NCBI GenBank assembly: GCA_039208735.1
Contig: JBCCQY010000046.1
Coordinates: 1-61,835, forward strand
DNA: 61,835 bases
Reading direction: 5' to 3'
From: Myxococcota bacterium
GTDB lineage: Bacteria; Myxococcota_A; UBA796; GCA-2862545
The notes under the pieces: model-generated
Seen by the model: only the letters and a program-made list of their open reading frames with translations
Database searches by the model: none
Told to the model about the DNA's origin: nothing
Part shown: positions 27,635 to 36,230 of the stretch, piece by piece
Numbering within the stretch: the stretch's first letter is position 1
Layout of the letters: the number at the start of each line of letters is the position of its first letter
Made by a program: the position numbers and the translations under genes

Positions 27635-29088
27635 GGAATCGGACGGTAGTCTCGGTCCAGCGGGACAATCCGTGGGAAGAGCGCGATGTTTCGGCCCTCG
27701 GAGCAATCCACCTGCGTTTCGCGTAGTGGCGTTTCGTCAGGTGCAAAGACGTACATGCGGGCCGTGGACTGACACAACAGCAGCATCGATCCGTCCGACA
27801 GCGTGTAGGCGCTGCTCTGGATGGGACAAAAGCTGTTGATTTCAAAGGATTGGTCGATGGTGGCGATGCGCCGCTCATCATCGAGGTCGACGGTGATGGC
27901 CCGAGATCGATTGGCGGCCTCTCCTTGGGCAGGGGGGCGCCCGTTATCGAACAGCGAGATGCGATGTTCGCCGAGCCACCTGGCGTGATGCGGAAACTCG
28001 AATCCGCCTGCGGTCTGTCCATCGGCTTCGACCAACGCGTAGTCGCCACCGTCGAGGCCCCGTGCTCCGCCGACGAGGCTGAAGAGCAAGGCCCCGCGGG
28101 TGGGACTGTCGGGCCCTCCGTCGAAGGCCATGACCGCATCGAGGTGCTTGAACGAGATGAGCCAACGTCCGTCCGCGTCGATGTCGATCGAGTTGGCGTG
28201 CCCAAAATCGATGCCTTTGATTTGGCGATTGCCGCCGAATCCCCAGTAGCCACCAAGTTCGCTACCGGTGAGGCGCGGCACCAGCGCATCGCTCACGGTG
28301 AACACGACCTCCGCTTCGCCTTCGTCGAGGGCGGTTAGGCCGTCGACGATGTAGTCCGTCCCGTTGATCGTCTCGGTACGAGCATGCAGAAGCACGGTCT
28401 GCCCGAACCGAGAAGTGATGTCGTGGTGCCCGTGGTGGGGGAACCCGCTCGGTTGCCCCAACTCGGTGAGTGGCGTGCCGTCGAAGCGCACTTGGTAGAC
28501 GTTGCGGCGATCGATCATCATCCAGGCCGAGTCATCGAGTCCCACGTCGAAGGCGCGGATCGTCCCTCGGGCGGGAGGGACCTCGTACCACCGCACCACC
28601 CCCTCGCCATCGGTGATGACGAGGGTGGCCGGGGGCCTCATGAGGCTGCCATCGTCGGTGCGTACCGGACAGGCCACGGGGAACATCAGGCGTTCGATCG
28701 CCGTAGGACTTGGCGTGCCGCGGTCTTCGAGGACAATGTCGATCGCTTCGGGAACCTGGCCCGTGGTCACGACCCCCGTGGCGCTCTGCGTGCGCTTGCC
28801 TTCTTCGGTCCACTCGATCGACCAGGTCACATCGGTTTCTGGGGGCAAGTCCCAGAGGCCGAACCGGAGGTTTTCGCCTTGGTAGGTGGCCTGTCGAGCA
28901 GGTTCTCCTGCGATCTCCCAGGTCACGGTGGCCTCGGTCGGTCCCCTCGTCTCCACAACGCAAACCGGCCGCAGAGCGTTGTCTTCAAGTTCGCACGCCA
29001 CCATCGGTGAGACCGCTTCCGGGCCACATCCAACGACCAACAAACCAGTCAATAAGCGCTTCACCCTGACAGAGTACCCGCTGCCCAC
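27631..29088 (-). CDS. Aryl-sulfate sulfotransferase (ASST-like), predicted lipoprotein
   Basis: HHDI, HANSID, PHHARW, LFDNG motifs; lipobox LVVGC (true start may be a downstream GTG). Confidence 0.8.
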   Translation of the reverse strand: MGSGYSVRVKRLLTGLLVVGCGPEAVSPMVACELEDNALRPVCVVETRGPTEATVTWEIAGEPARQATYQGENLRFGLWDLPPETDVTWSIEWTEEGKRTQSATGVVTTGQVPEAIDIVLEDRGTPSPTAIERLMFPVACPVRTDDGSLMRPPATLVITDGEGVVRWYEVPPARGTIRAFDVGLDDSAWMMIDRRNVYQVRFDGTPLTELGQPSGFPHHGHHDITSRFGQTVLLHARTETINGTDYIVDGLTALDEGEAEVVFTVSDALVPRLTGSELGGYWGFGGNRQIKGIDFGHANSIDIDADGRWLISFKHLDAVMAFDGGPDSPTRGALLFSLVGGARGLDGGDYALVEADGQTAGGFEFPHHARWLGEHRISLFDNGRPPAQGEAANRSRAITVDLDDERRIATIDQSFEINSFCPIQSSAYTLSDGSMLLLCQSTARMYVFAPDETPLRETQVDCSEGRNIALFPRIVPLDRDYRPIP

Positions 29089-29115
29089 GCCCTTCGGCGA
29101 GGGTTAATCAGCTGC

Positions 29116-30450
29116 ATGGCGCGGGCATTGGAACCACTGGCCGGATGGGGGCGACACCCGGTCGTCGAAGCACACACGGTGCACACCGAGCGACTCGATC
29201 GGCAGGCTCCGGGGGCATTGCTCTCGCGGGGGTTGGGGCGGGCGTACGGCGATGCGGCGTTGCCTCCGGTAGGGGCGGATCGTCCGGTCCTCGTGACGCC
29301 GGCGGCGGACCGCATTCTGTCGTTTGACGAGAGTGCCGGCCTGTTGCGGGCCGAGGCGGGCCTTTCGCTCTCAGAACTGGCAAGGATCTACTTACCTCGC
29401 GGGTTCTTTGCGCCGGTGAGCACCGGCACCCAGTACGTCACGCTCGGTGGCATGGTTGCCTCCGACATCCATGGGAAGAACCACCACTCCTTTGGCACGA
29501 TCAGCAAGGCCATTCGTTCGCTCAAGATGCTGGTGCCCGATGGTCGCGTCGTCACGACGTCTCCCACCGAACATCCCGACCTGTTCTTCGCCACGACCGG
29601 GGGCATGGGCCTGACGGGTCACATCCTGGAAGTCGAGCTGCAGCTCGCCCGCATTCCGACCCCGTGGATCTACGAAGAGAGTTGGCCGGCGCCCAACCTC
29701 GATGCCCTATTCAACGGACTCTCCGAGTCGAGCGACTGGCCGATGACCGCGGCGTGGGTCGACACCTCCATCCGAGGCCGAGGCTTTGGACGCGGCCTCG
29801 TGATTCGGGGCCGATGGGCCCAGCCCGACGAGGCGCCGGCCGAACCTCCGGGGACCCGGCCAAGTGTCGAAGTGCCTCCCGTTTTCCCGTCCGGCGTGAT
29901 GAATCCGCTGACCATCCGCATGATGTCGCAGGTGTGGTTTCATCGACACGGAAGGAAAAAGAAGGTCCATGTTACGCATCCGGCCAACCACTTCTGGCAG
30001 CTCGACATGGCCACGAATTGGTACCGCGGCTACGGTCGCCGCGGATTCACGCAGTACCAGTGCGTGCTGCCGCGCAATGTCGAGGTCCACAAACAGTTTC
30101 TTGAGCGCTTCCAAGCCCTAGGTGGCTGTTCGTTCATCAACGTCTACAAGGATTGCGGAGAGGCTGGTCCGGGGCTGCTTTCCTTTCCTCAATACGGCAC
30201 CTCCCTCGCCCTCGACATCCCCATCACCACCGTCGAACGCATTCAGACGCTGATCGATGGGCTCAATGCCTTCGTCATTGAACATGGCGGGCGCGTGTAC
30301 CTGGCCAAGGATGCGTTTACCCGGGCCGAGGACTTTGCGAAGATGTACCCTCGGCTTCCGGAGTTTCAGTCGGTCCGGGACCGTTGGGATCCGGATCGAA
30401 CCCTCGTTTCGGCCCAGAGCGTCCGCCTGATGGGCGATCGCGCCAATTAG
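29116..30450 (+). CDS. FAD-binding oxidoreductase, DprE1-like
   Basis: RGLGRAYGD, VTLGGMVASDIHGKNHH, GGMGLTG, YGRRGFTQYQ, GGRVYLAKD. Confidence 0.9.
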   Translation: MARALEPLAGWGRHPVVEAHTVHTERLDRQAPGALLSRGLGRAYGDAALPPVGADRPVLVTPAADRILSFDESAGLLRAEAGLSLSELARIYLPRGFFAPVSTGTQYVTLGGMVASDIHGKNHHSFGTISKAIRSLKMLVPDGRVVTTSPTEHPDLFFATTGGMGLTGHILEVELQLARIPTPWIYEESWPAPNLDALFNGLSESSDWPMTAAWVDTSIRGRGFGRGLVIRGRWAQPDEAPAEPPGTRPSVEVPPVFPSGVMNPLTIRMMSQVWFHRHGRKKKVHVTHPANHFWQLDMATNWYRGYGRRGFTQYQCVLPRNVEVHKQFLERFQALGGCSFINVYKDCGEAGPGLLSFPQYGTSLALDIPITTVERIQTLIDGLNAFVIEHGGRVYLAKDAFTRAEDFAKMYPRLPEFQSVRDRWDPDRTLVSAQSVRLMGDRAN

Positions 30451-31463
30451 TCCAGTTCGCAAGCCGCAAGGGCTCGGTACGTGGGCGCGGCGCACGGGGC
30501 CGCGCAGGCGTCGTCGTAGGCGCATGCGCTCCACGCGCAGTACGCCTCGAGTCCGTCGGCATGCGTCGTTCGGCAGGCATCGAAACAGGCGGGAGCGTCG
30601 TCGGGGGGCGGGGCCAAGCCCGTCCGGCTTCGCAGGTCGAGGCACCCATCGAAGCACGCCAGCAGGTCTCGACAACCGGCGTCCTCATCGCAATCGTGGT
30701 GAAGCGATGCGCACGGGTGGGGCTCGGCGGCCACGCAGCTTACGCATGACGCACAGATCACGTGCTGGTCGCAGACCTCGGCGGCGACCTCGGGCTGATT
30801 GAAGCCCACCAACACCCCGATGCTCGCCACCAACAGCAAGGTCGCGACGACGAACATGACGGTGCTTGCGATGCTGGACCGCACGCTTTTGGGAGGAGGT
30901 TCCGCGTGTGGAGTGCGCCGGGTCGCCCACAGGGCGGACCGCTTGCGCGTGAGCACGCCCTGCGGATCGACGCCCCACGCTCGAGCGAAGTGCAGCACGT
31001 CGGCCGAGGTCAGCCCGAGTTCCGCGGCGTCCGACTCTTCGTCGAGCCAGTTGACCCGTGGCTCCGACGTCGAAGGGGGGCCGTGGCTCACGTACTCGTG
31101 GTCGCGCCGACTTGCGTAGACCCGACGCTCAGACTGGCCCCGAATCGCCCGCTCGGCCAGGTGCGTGTCGCTGTCGTCGTCCGCATGAAAGGCCAGGGCC
31201 TCGCCGAACTCAGTCGAGAGCCGGCGCGCTCCTTTGAGGCCCATGGCATTGCCGAAAACCCACGTCCATTCACCGTCAGACACAATCAGGCACGGCATCG
31301 TCGCCGGATCGACGTCCCGAAGATCTTCGGGAGTTGCCGCCGGTTCGAGATGGGGCAGGTCGAGCGCGGCGGCTACGGCCTTCATGTCGGTCGTCCGCGC
31401 GCATTGCCACGAGGCCCGACGAAAGAAGGCTTCGACGGGAATCGCGGGCAGATCGGTGGCCAT
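30447..31463 (-). CDS. Single-pass membrane protein with a 16-Cys extracytoplasmic C-terminus
   Basis: AGGAGAGG-type purine-rich RBS before ATG 31463; TM segment VMFVVATLLLVASIGVLVGF; Cys-rich tail. Confidence 0.7.
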   Translation of the reverse strand: MATDLPAIPVEAFFRRASWQCARTTDMKAVAAALDLPHLEPAATPEDLRDVDPATMPCLIVSDGEWTWVFGNAMGLKGARRLSTEFGEALAFHADDDSDTHLAERAIRGQSERRVYASRRDHEYVSHGPPSTSEPRVNWLDEESDAAELGLTSADVLHFARAWGVDPQGVLTRKRSALWATRRTPHAEPPPKSVRSSIASTVMFVVATLLLVASIGVLVGFNQPEVAAEVCDQHVICASCVSCVAAEPHPCASLHHDCDEDAGCRDLLACFDGCLDLRSRTGLAPPPDDAPACFDACRTTHADGLEAYCAWSACAYDDACAAPCAAPTYRALAACELD

Positions 31464-31512
31464 GCCCCTCCTCCGGGTGGCGAACGCTACCACACGCCTA
31501 CCCCGTCCCGAG

Positions 31513-32505
31513 TCAGGCGACCGGTGCGTGGCCCAAAAGGAAGCGGGTAACGGGTTCGAACACCCGGGTAGGGGCGATGTCAGAAATGAACAGGTCGGCG
31601 TGGCCGACGGGCTCTCCATCGGGGTGGGTGACCTCGAAGACCTCGGTGGGTCCCCGGGTGGCGCCCACGACCGACAAGGCGGCTTCACGGGGGACGATGC
31701 CATCGCCCGAGCCGTACAACACGAGCAACGGGCGCTCGAATCGCTGCAAGGCCGGTCCCAGGGCCCGTCCTTCGATGCGGAGTTCGGACCGCATCCACTT
31801 GCCCATGGCGATATTGATGGCGGGCAGGGGATCCTCGACCGTACGCGTCAGCTGTGAGGCCTGCCGCACATTCGTGATGCGAGGGTTGAGGTAGATCGAC
31901 AGCGCGCTTGGAATGAGCCGACTCACGATGGGGAGCGCCACCGCGGTCCACGCCCGGGTCCCCCGCATGGGCACCGCGCCAGCGGTTTGCATGAGCAAGC
32001 CGAGCACGCGTGTACGGAGGTCGCGGGGCCAGTGCAGGGGAGTGCCGATGGTCGCGACGCGGTCGAGCCCGGGTGACGGGGAAAAGGCGGCGTGGGCCAA
32101 CAACATGGCTCCACCCAAGCTGCAGCCGATGGCGTGCACGCGCTCCGCACTGCGGAAGTTGCGAATGTAGTCGATGGTGGCGGGCAGATCGTGGGTGGCC
32201 TGGGCCTCGAGGCCAGGCCGCGAGGGCCCCTTCGACGAAGAGCTGCCACGTAGGTCGATGCCCCATGGGTCGAACCCGCTCTCGAGCAGCACATCGGCGA
32301 AGCTTCGTCCACGTGGGTGGTACTGGACAATCCAGGAGTTCATGCCGTAGCCCGGGATGAACAGCACAGGTTGGCCTGCCGTTACCCCAGGACGGACCAC
32401 CCGGGTGAGCTGGAGCGACCACCCGTCGGTGGTCCGGACCGTGTGGTGCTCGAGCTGACGTTCGGTGCCGAAGGCACCCTCCGAGCGTTCGGCGGCCTTC
32501 GACAT
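31513..32505 (-). CDS. Alpha/beta hydrolase (lipase/PhaC-like)
   Basis: PGYGMN, IDLRG, nucleophile elbow GCSLGG, DGIVP, GHADL. Confidence 0.85.
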   Translation of the reverse strand: MSKAAERSEGAFGTERQLEHHTVRTTDGWSLQLTRVVRPGVTAGQPVLFIPGYGMNSWIVQYHPRGRSFADVLLESGFDPWGIDLRGSSSSKGPSRPGLEAQATHDLPATIDYIRNFRSAERVHAIGCSLGGAMLLAHAAFSPSPGLDRVATIGTPLHWPRDLRTRVLGLLMQTAGAVPMRGTRAWTAVALPIVSRLIPSALSIYLNPRITNVRQASQLTRTVEDPLPAINIAMGKWMRSELRIEGRALGPALQRFERPLLVLYGSGDGIVPREAALSVVGATRGPTEVFEVTHPDGEPVGHADLFISDIAPTRVFEPVTRFLLGHAPVA

Positions 32506-32563
32506 CGGCGCGTCTCCTTCACGGTGGCCACGTAATCCGACGGGACGCCGCGTCCGGTCGCAT

Positions 32564-33361
32564 TCACGGCGTATAGATCGCACGCGTGTTCGAACTCATG
32601 AAGCGAATTGCGGCTCTTCGTCCGAGCACCCGCTGCATCACAAAGAAGACGGCCGCATTCAGACGCCCCGGCACCGTGACCGGACCCTGGGCGAGCCGGG
32701 CTAACGAATGTTCAGCCACATCGGCGGCGGTCAACGGGAAGGCCTGTTCCCACTTGTGTTCCGGCGTGACGGCTTCCCAATTGGGGGTCCGGGTCGCGCC
32801 CGGTGCGCTCACGAGTACGTCGATGCCGTGGGGGCCTAGCTCCTCCCACAACCCTTCGCCGAGGATTTGGGTGTAGGCCTTGGTCGCCGCATAGGTCGAC
32901 ACCATCGCCGTCCCCACCACGCCAGACAACGACGACATGAGCAACACGCCACCCCGACCGCGGGCGACCAACCCGTCTTGCACCAGGGCGAGCAGCTGCA
33001 GCGGGCCCGCGCAATTCACCTGAACCGAAGCCAGCTTGCTCGCGAGGGACGTCTCGAGAAAGGGCCCCACCGTCGAGGCGCAGGCGTTGTAGATGAGCAG
33101 TCCGATGTCGAGCCCTTCGAGGTGGGGCCCAAGCGCCTCACCAACTTGGGGCGAACCGAGGTCGGCGGAAACGGGTCGGATCTCGACCCCGTACGCGGTT
33201 CGAAGCCGGTCGGCTGCGGCTTCCAGGGGGGCTACGCGGCGCGCGATCATCACGAGGTTGACGCCGTGGCCTGCGATGGCGTCACAGAACGCAGCTCCGA
33301 TGCCCTCTGACGCACCGGCCACGATGGCCCAAGGGCCGTAGCGCGTGGCAAAGTCCTTCAC
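32564..33361 (-). CDS. Short-chain dehydrogenase/reductase (17beta-HSD/ketoacyl-CoA reductase-like)
   Basis: YGPWAIVAGASEGIG, YNA, MSS, catalytic YAATK, PGATRT. Confidence 0.92.
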   Translation of the reverse strand: MKDFATRYGPWAIVAGASEGIGAAFCDAIAGHGVNLVMIARRVAPLEAAADRLRTAYGVEIRPVSADLGSPQVGEALGPHLEGLDIGLLIYNACASTVGPFLETSLASKLASVQVNCAGPLQLLALVQDGLVARGRGGVLLMSSLSGVVGTAMVSTYAATKAYTQILGEGLWEELGPHGIDVLVSAPGATRTPNWEAVTPEHKWEQAFPLTAADVAEHSLARLAQGPVTVPGRLNAAVFFVMQRVLGRRAAIRFMSSNTRAIYTP

Positions 33362-33364
33362 CGG

Positions 33365-34447
33365 TCACCACACAAAGGGAATGATGCGCCAGCGAACGTG
33401 CGCCACGTACTCATCCCATAGCGGACCGTACTTTTCGGCGCATCGAGCGTCGTCGTCGATCTGACGGGGGAACAGCAACAGCACGTAGTACAGCGGGTAC
33501 AGCCAGGGCCAAGGTTCGCCGCCCCAACTCACCGACAGTGCAATGCCCGACCCCATCAACACCTCGCCAAGGTAGTTGACGTGGCGGCTCACGCCCCAGA
33601 ACCCACTTGCGAGCAGGTGCTTCTTTCCATCCGAGACCGCGACGGGTCGCATGCCCAAGAAGGAGGCCTCGGGGTCCCGCTTGAAGGTGAACTTCTGCAT
33701 GTTCGCCCCGCGGGCGAGCGTCCATCCCGTAAAGAACGTGAGTCCGGCCAGCACGAGCAGCCAAGTCGGCGTGCCTGGGTTGGGATGGTCGGCCGTGAAC
33801 CAGAGGGCGACGGTATAGAAGTAGGGGTAGAACGTTAGGCATCCCCACCCGAGCTTGAAACCGACCCGTTCCGCGAAGATGTCGTAGGTGTAGAGGTGGA
33901 CCCGCTCGAACCAGAGGTAGTCACAGACGAAATAGGAGATCAGCCCCGCGCACAAGAAGATGCCGGGGTTGGGGTTGTCGGGGAACGTCAACGCGTGGGC
34001 CGTGGCAAAATCAAGCGTGTTGATCTCGAGAATCACTGCGCCAACGAGGTACAGCCACATCTTCGCGTCGAGACGGCCGCCCCAAAGTTGGGGGTTTTCG
34101 AGCCGGCCGAGGAAGGTGTCCACGACGAAGTTCCGACCCGTTGAGGGATTGGGCAACACGATGGCGAAGGTGAAGATCAGGCCGAAGGTGCAGGCACCGG
34201 CGAGGCTGTACCAGCGGTGTTCGAAGAGCCATCCAAAGGGCACGATGTCGCTCGTCCCGAGCCAGGCCCACAGGCCCACGCTCGCGAGCAGCACGATCAG
34301 GCCATTGAGGCGATACGAGAGCTTTTCGCCGGTGGCGTGGTGGTTGACGTAGCCGACGTACCAACGACCGGGCAGCACGAAGTGCAGGACCGTGATGCCG
34401 AGGGTGAGTACCCACGGCGCGAAGAAGCCGGCGAGCGGATCGATCAA
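33365..34447 (-). CDS. ERG4/ERG24-family sterol reductase (C14- or C7-reductase-like)
   Basis: GRLENP, TYDIFAERVGFKLGWG, ANMQKFTF, LLASGFWGVSRHVNYLGE, DDARCAEKYG.LWDEY...V.WRIIP. Confidence 0.9.
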   Translation of the reverse strand: MIDPLAGFFAPWVLTLGITVLHFVLPGRWYVGYVNHHATGEKLSYRLNGLIVLLASVGLWAWLGTSDIVPFGWLFEHRWYSLAGACTFGLIFTFAIVLPNPSTGRNFVVDTFLGRLENPQLWGGRLDAKMWLYLVGAVILEINTLDFATAHALTFPDNPNPGIFLCAGLISYFVCDYLWFERVHLYTYDIFAERVGFKLGWGCLTFYPYFYTVALWFTADHPNPGTPTWLLVLAGLTFFTGWTLARGANMQKFTFKRDPEASFLGMRPVAVSDGKKHLLASGFWGVSRHVNYLGEVLMGSGIALSVSWGGEPWPWLYPLYYVLLLFPRQIDDDARCAEKYGPLWDEYVAHVRWRIIPFVW

Positions 34448-34482
34448 GACTCCCTCCGGGAAGCGTGCAGCTTACGCCATGG

Positions 34483-36195
34483 TCACTCGCAGGTGTAGCG
34501 ACCTTCGGGATCGGTGGGCTCGACGCCCTCCCGATAAAGCTCGGTCGAAGGGTCTCCGTAGAAGACGTAGGCCTGCCAGGTGGGGTCGTCGCGATCCGCG
34601 CCTCGCTTGCGCAGGCATCGCATGATCTCGGTGACCGGGGCCCGGCCGTAGGCCGCGATGCTCGATTCGACGTTCTCGTAAAAGGCTTCTGCAAAAGCCG
34701 CCGCTTCTTCATCTCCCACCGGCCACAACGCGCCGATGTAGCCTGAGGCGCCAGCGTCGAGCATGACGGGGGCCCACCCCTCGACGATGTTGGCTGTGGC
34801 ATCGGCCTGGCCAAGTTCGCAGGCATTGAAGAAGATGAGGGTTTGCCGTTCGCGGAGCCGTTTGTCATCGAGGCCGACGAACGCCGTGGAGTCGAACGCG
34901 CCGTCCTCGAGCCGTAGGGCGTAGCGCGTGGCGCTGCCTTCGGTCGTCTGGGCATCCCCATGCCCGGCGAAGTGGAGCACCCCGTTGGGGGGATCCTTCA
35001 CCACCGCGGCCACCGAAGCCGCCACGCCCGGGAGCCTCCGAAAGCCTTCCATGCGGTTGAGCGCCTCGAGTTCCCGCTTCACCGCGGGCAGGGCATCCCC
35101 ACCTTCGTAAGTGGGCACCATCGCGACGAGTTCTCGGTAGTCGATGCGTGTGGGAGGGACCGTCAGGCCGGACATCCCCATGCGCAGATGCCATCGACCC
35201 AGCTGAAAGCGTGTGCCCAACGGAGCCAACGTCGCCTCTTCGGTCACGGGGCGCAGCAACTCCCAGGGAAATCCAGGTACGTTGGTGTAGATGCGCAACG
35301 CGTTGACCTCAGGGTCCTGGTAGATGCGCAGCAGATGTTCCCGAATGGGGGCCGGGGTGAGCGGCCACAGCTGAGCTCCCAGCCCCTTCACCATGCCCAT
35401 TCCCACTGGGTCTCGGTCCACCCGATCGAGGCCGCGGGCCCGAATGGCGGCGAGTTTGGGGGTGAGAAATGCGGGGAGGGCGGTGCGATCGAAGTTGACC
35501 ACGGAGTGTGCCGTCGTCTTGCCCGGCTCGTTGATGACCACGAGCGCCTTTGTGTCGTCGATGGCGAGCAGATGCAGCTCATGGCTTGGGACCGTGGATC
35601 GGACCGCGGCCCCCTGGTCACCCACCACATCCGTCACCGGTAGCGGGTTGGCCGACGGCGCGTCGACGGCCTGCACCGTGCGGCCGATCTGCCCCATGAA
35701 CGAGCCCTCATGGAAAAGATAGGCTTCGACAGATGCTTTTCCGCTGCTGGGGACCGCGTCGAGGGTCAGCTCGTAGCGGGCGAGCGTGGAGGGGCCTTCC
35801 TGCGGGAGTTGGATGGTCCGAAAGTCATCGCCGTCAATGGTGAAGTCTGGGGCGGATAGCAACACGTTGATCGACCAGGCTTTGATGCCTTCCTTGAGCG
35901 TTGGCAGCTCCAGCTTGAGCGCGCCCTGGGTCTCTTCGTCCTCGCCTGAAATGACCACGGCGGCGGCGTTCCCGGAGGGAGCGGCGTCGGTGAGGCCCAC
36001 GAACAGTGTGAAGGGTTTGGCCTTGACCACCTCGCCCGGCATCACCATTCGGGGATGGCGCTCGAGCACGACGGTGGATTCAGAGAGTGGAGGAGGAGGA
36101 GGATCACCCTCTTCTTTCACCGGACTTCGTTGGAGGGCGCATGCCATGAGCTGGCCCACCAGGGCGATTGGGATGTACTTCGCCAAGAACCTCAC
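34483..36195 (-). CDS. CHAT-domain (caspase-like) protein with a predicted lipoprotein signal
   Basis: PWELL, catalytic LHFAGHG and FFNACE, GALWPV.D, AYVFYGDP; N-terminus MRFLAKYIPIALVGQLMAC. Confidence 0.85.
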   Translation of the reverse strand: MRFLAKYIPIALVGQLMACALQRSPVKEEGDPPPPPLSESTVVLERHPRMVMPGEVVKAKPFTLFVGLTDAAPSGNAAAVVISGEDEETQGALKLELPTLKEGIKAWSINVLLSAPDFTIDGDDFRTIQLPQEGPSTLARYELTLDAVPSSGKASVEAYLFHEGSFMGQIGRTVQAVDAPSANPLPVTDVVGDQGAAVRSTVPSHELHLLAIDDTKALVVINEPGKTTAHSVVNFDRTALPAFLTPKLAAIRARGLDRVDRDPVGMGMVKGLGAQLWPLTPAPIREHLLRIYQDPEVNALRIYTNVPGFPWELLRPVTEEATLAPLGTRFQLGRWHLRMGMSGLTVPPTRIDYRELVAMVPTYEGGDALPAVKRELEALNRMEGFRRLPGVAASVAAVVKDPPNGVLHFAGHGDAQTTEGSATRYALRLEDGAFDSTAFVGLDDKRLRERQTLIFFNACELGQADATANIVEGWAPVMLDAGASGYIGALWPVGDEEAAAFAEAFYENVESSIAAYGRAPVTEIMRCLRKRGADRDDPTWQAYVFYGDPSTELYREGVEPTDPEGRYTCE

Positions 36196-36230
36196 GCTGT
36201 TCTCCTCCGCGGGAAGGGTACCTCAGGCAC

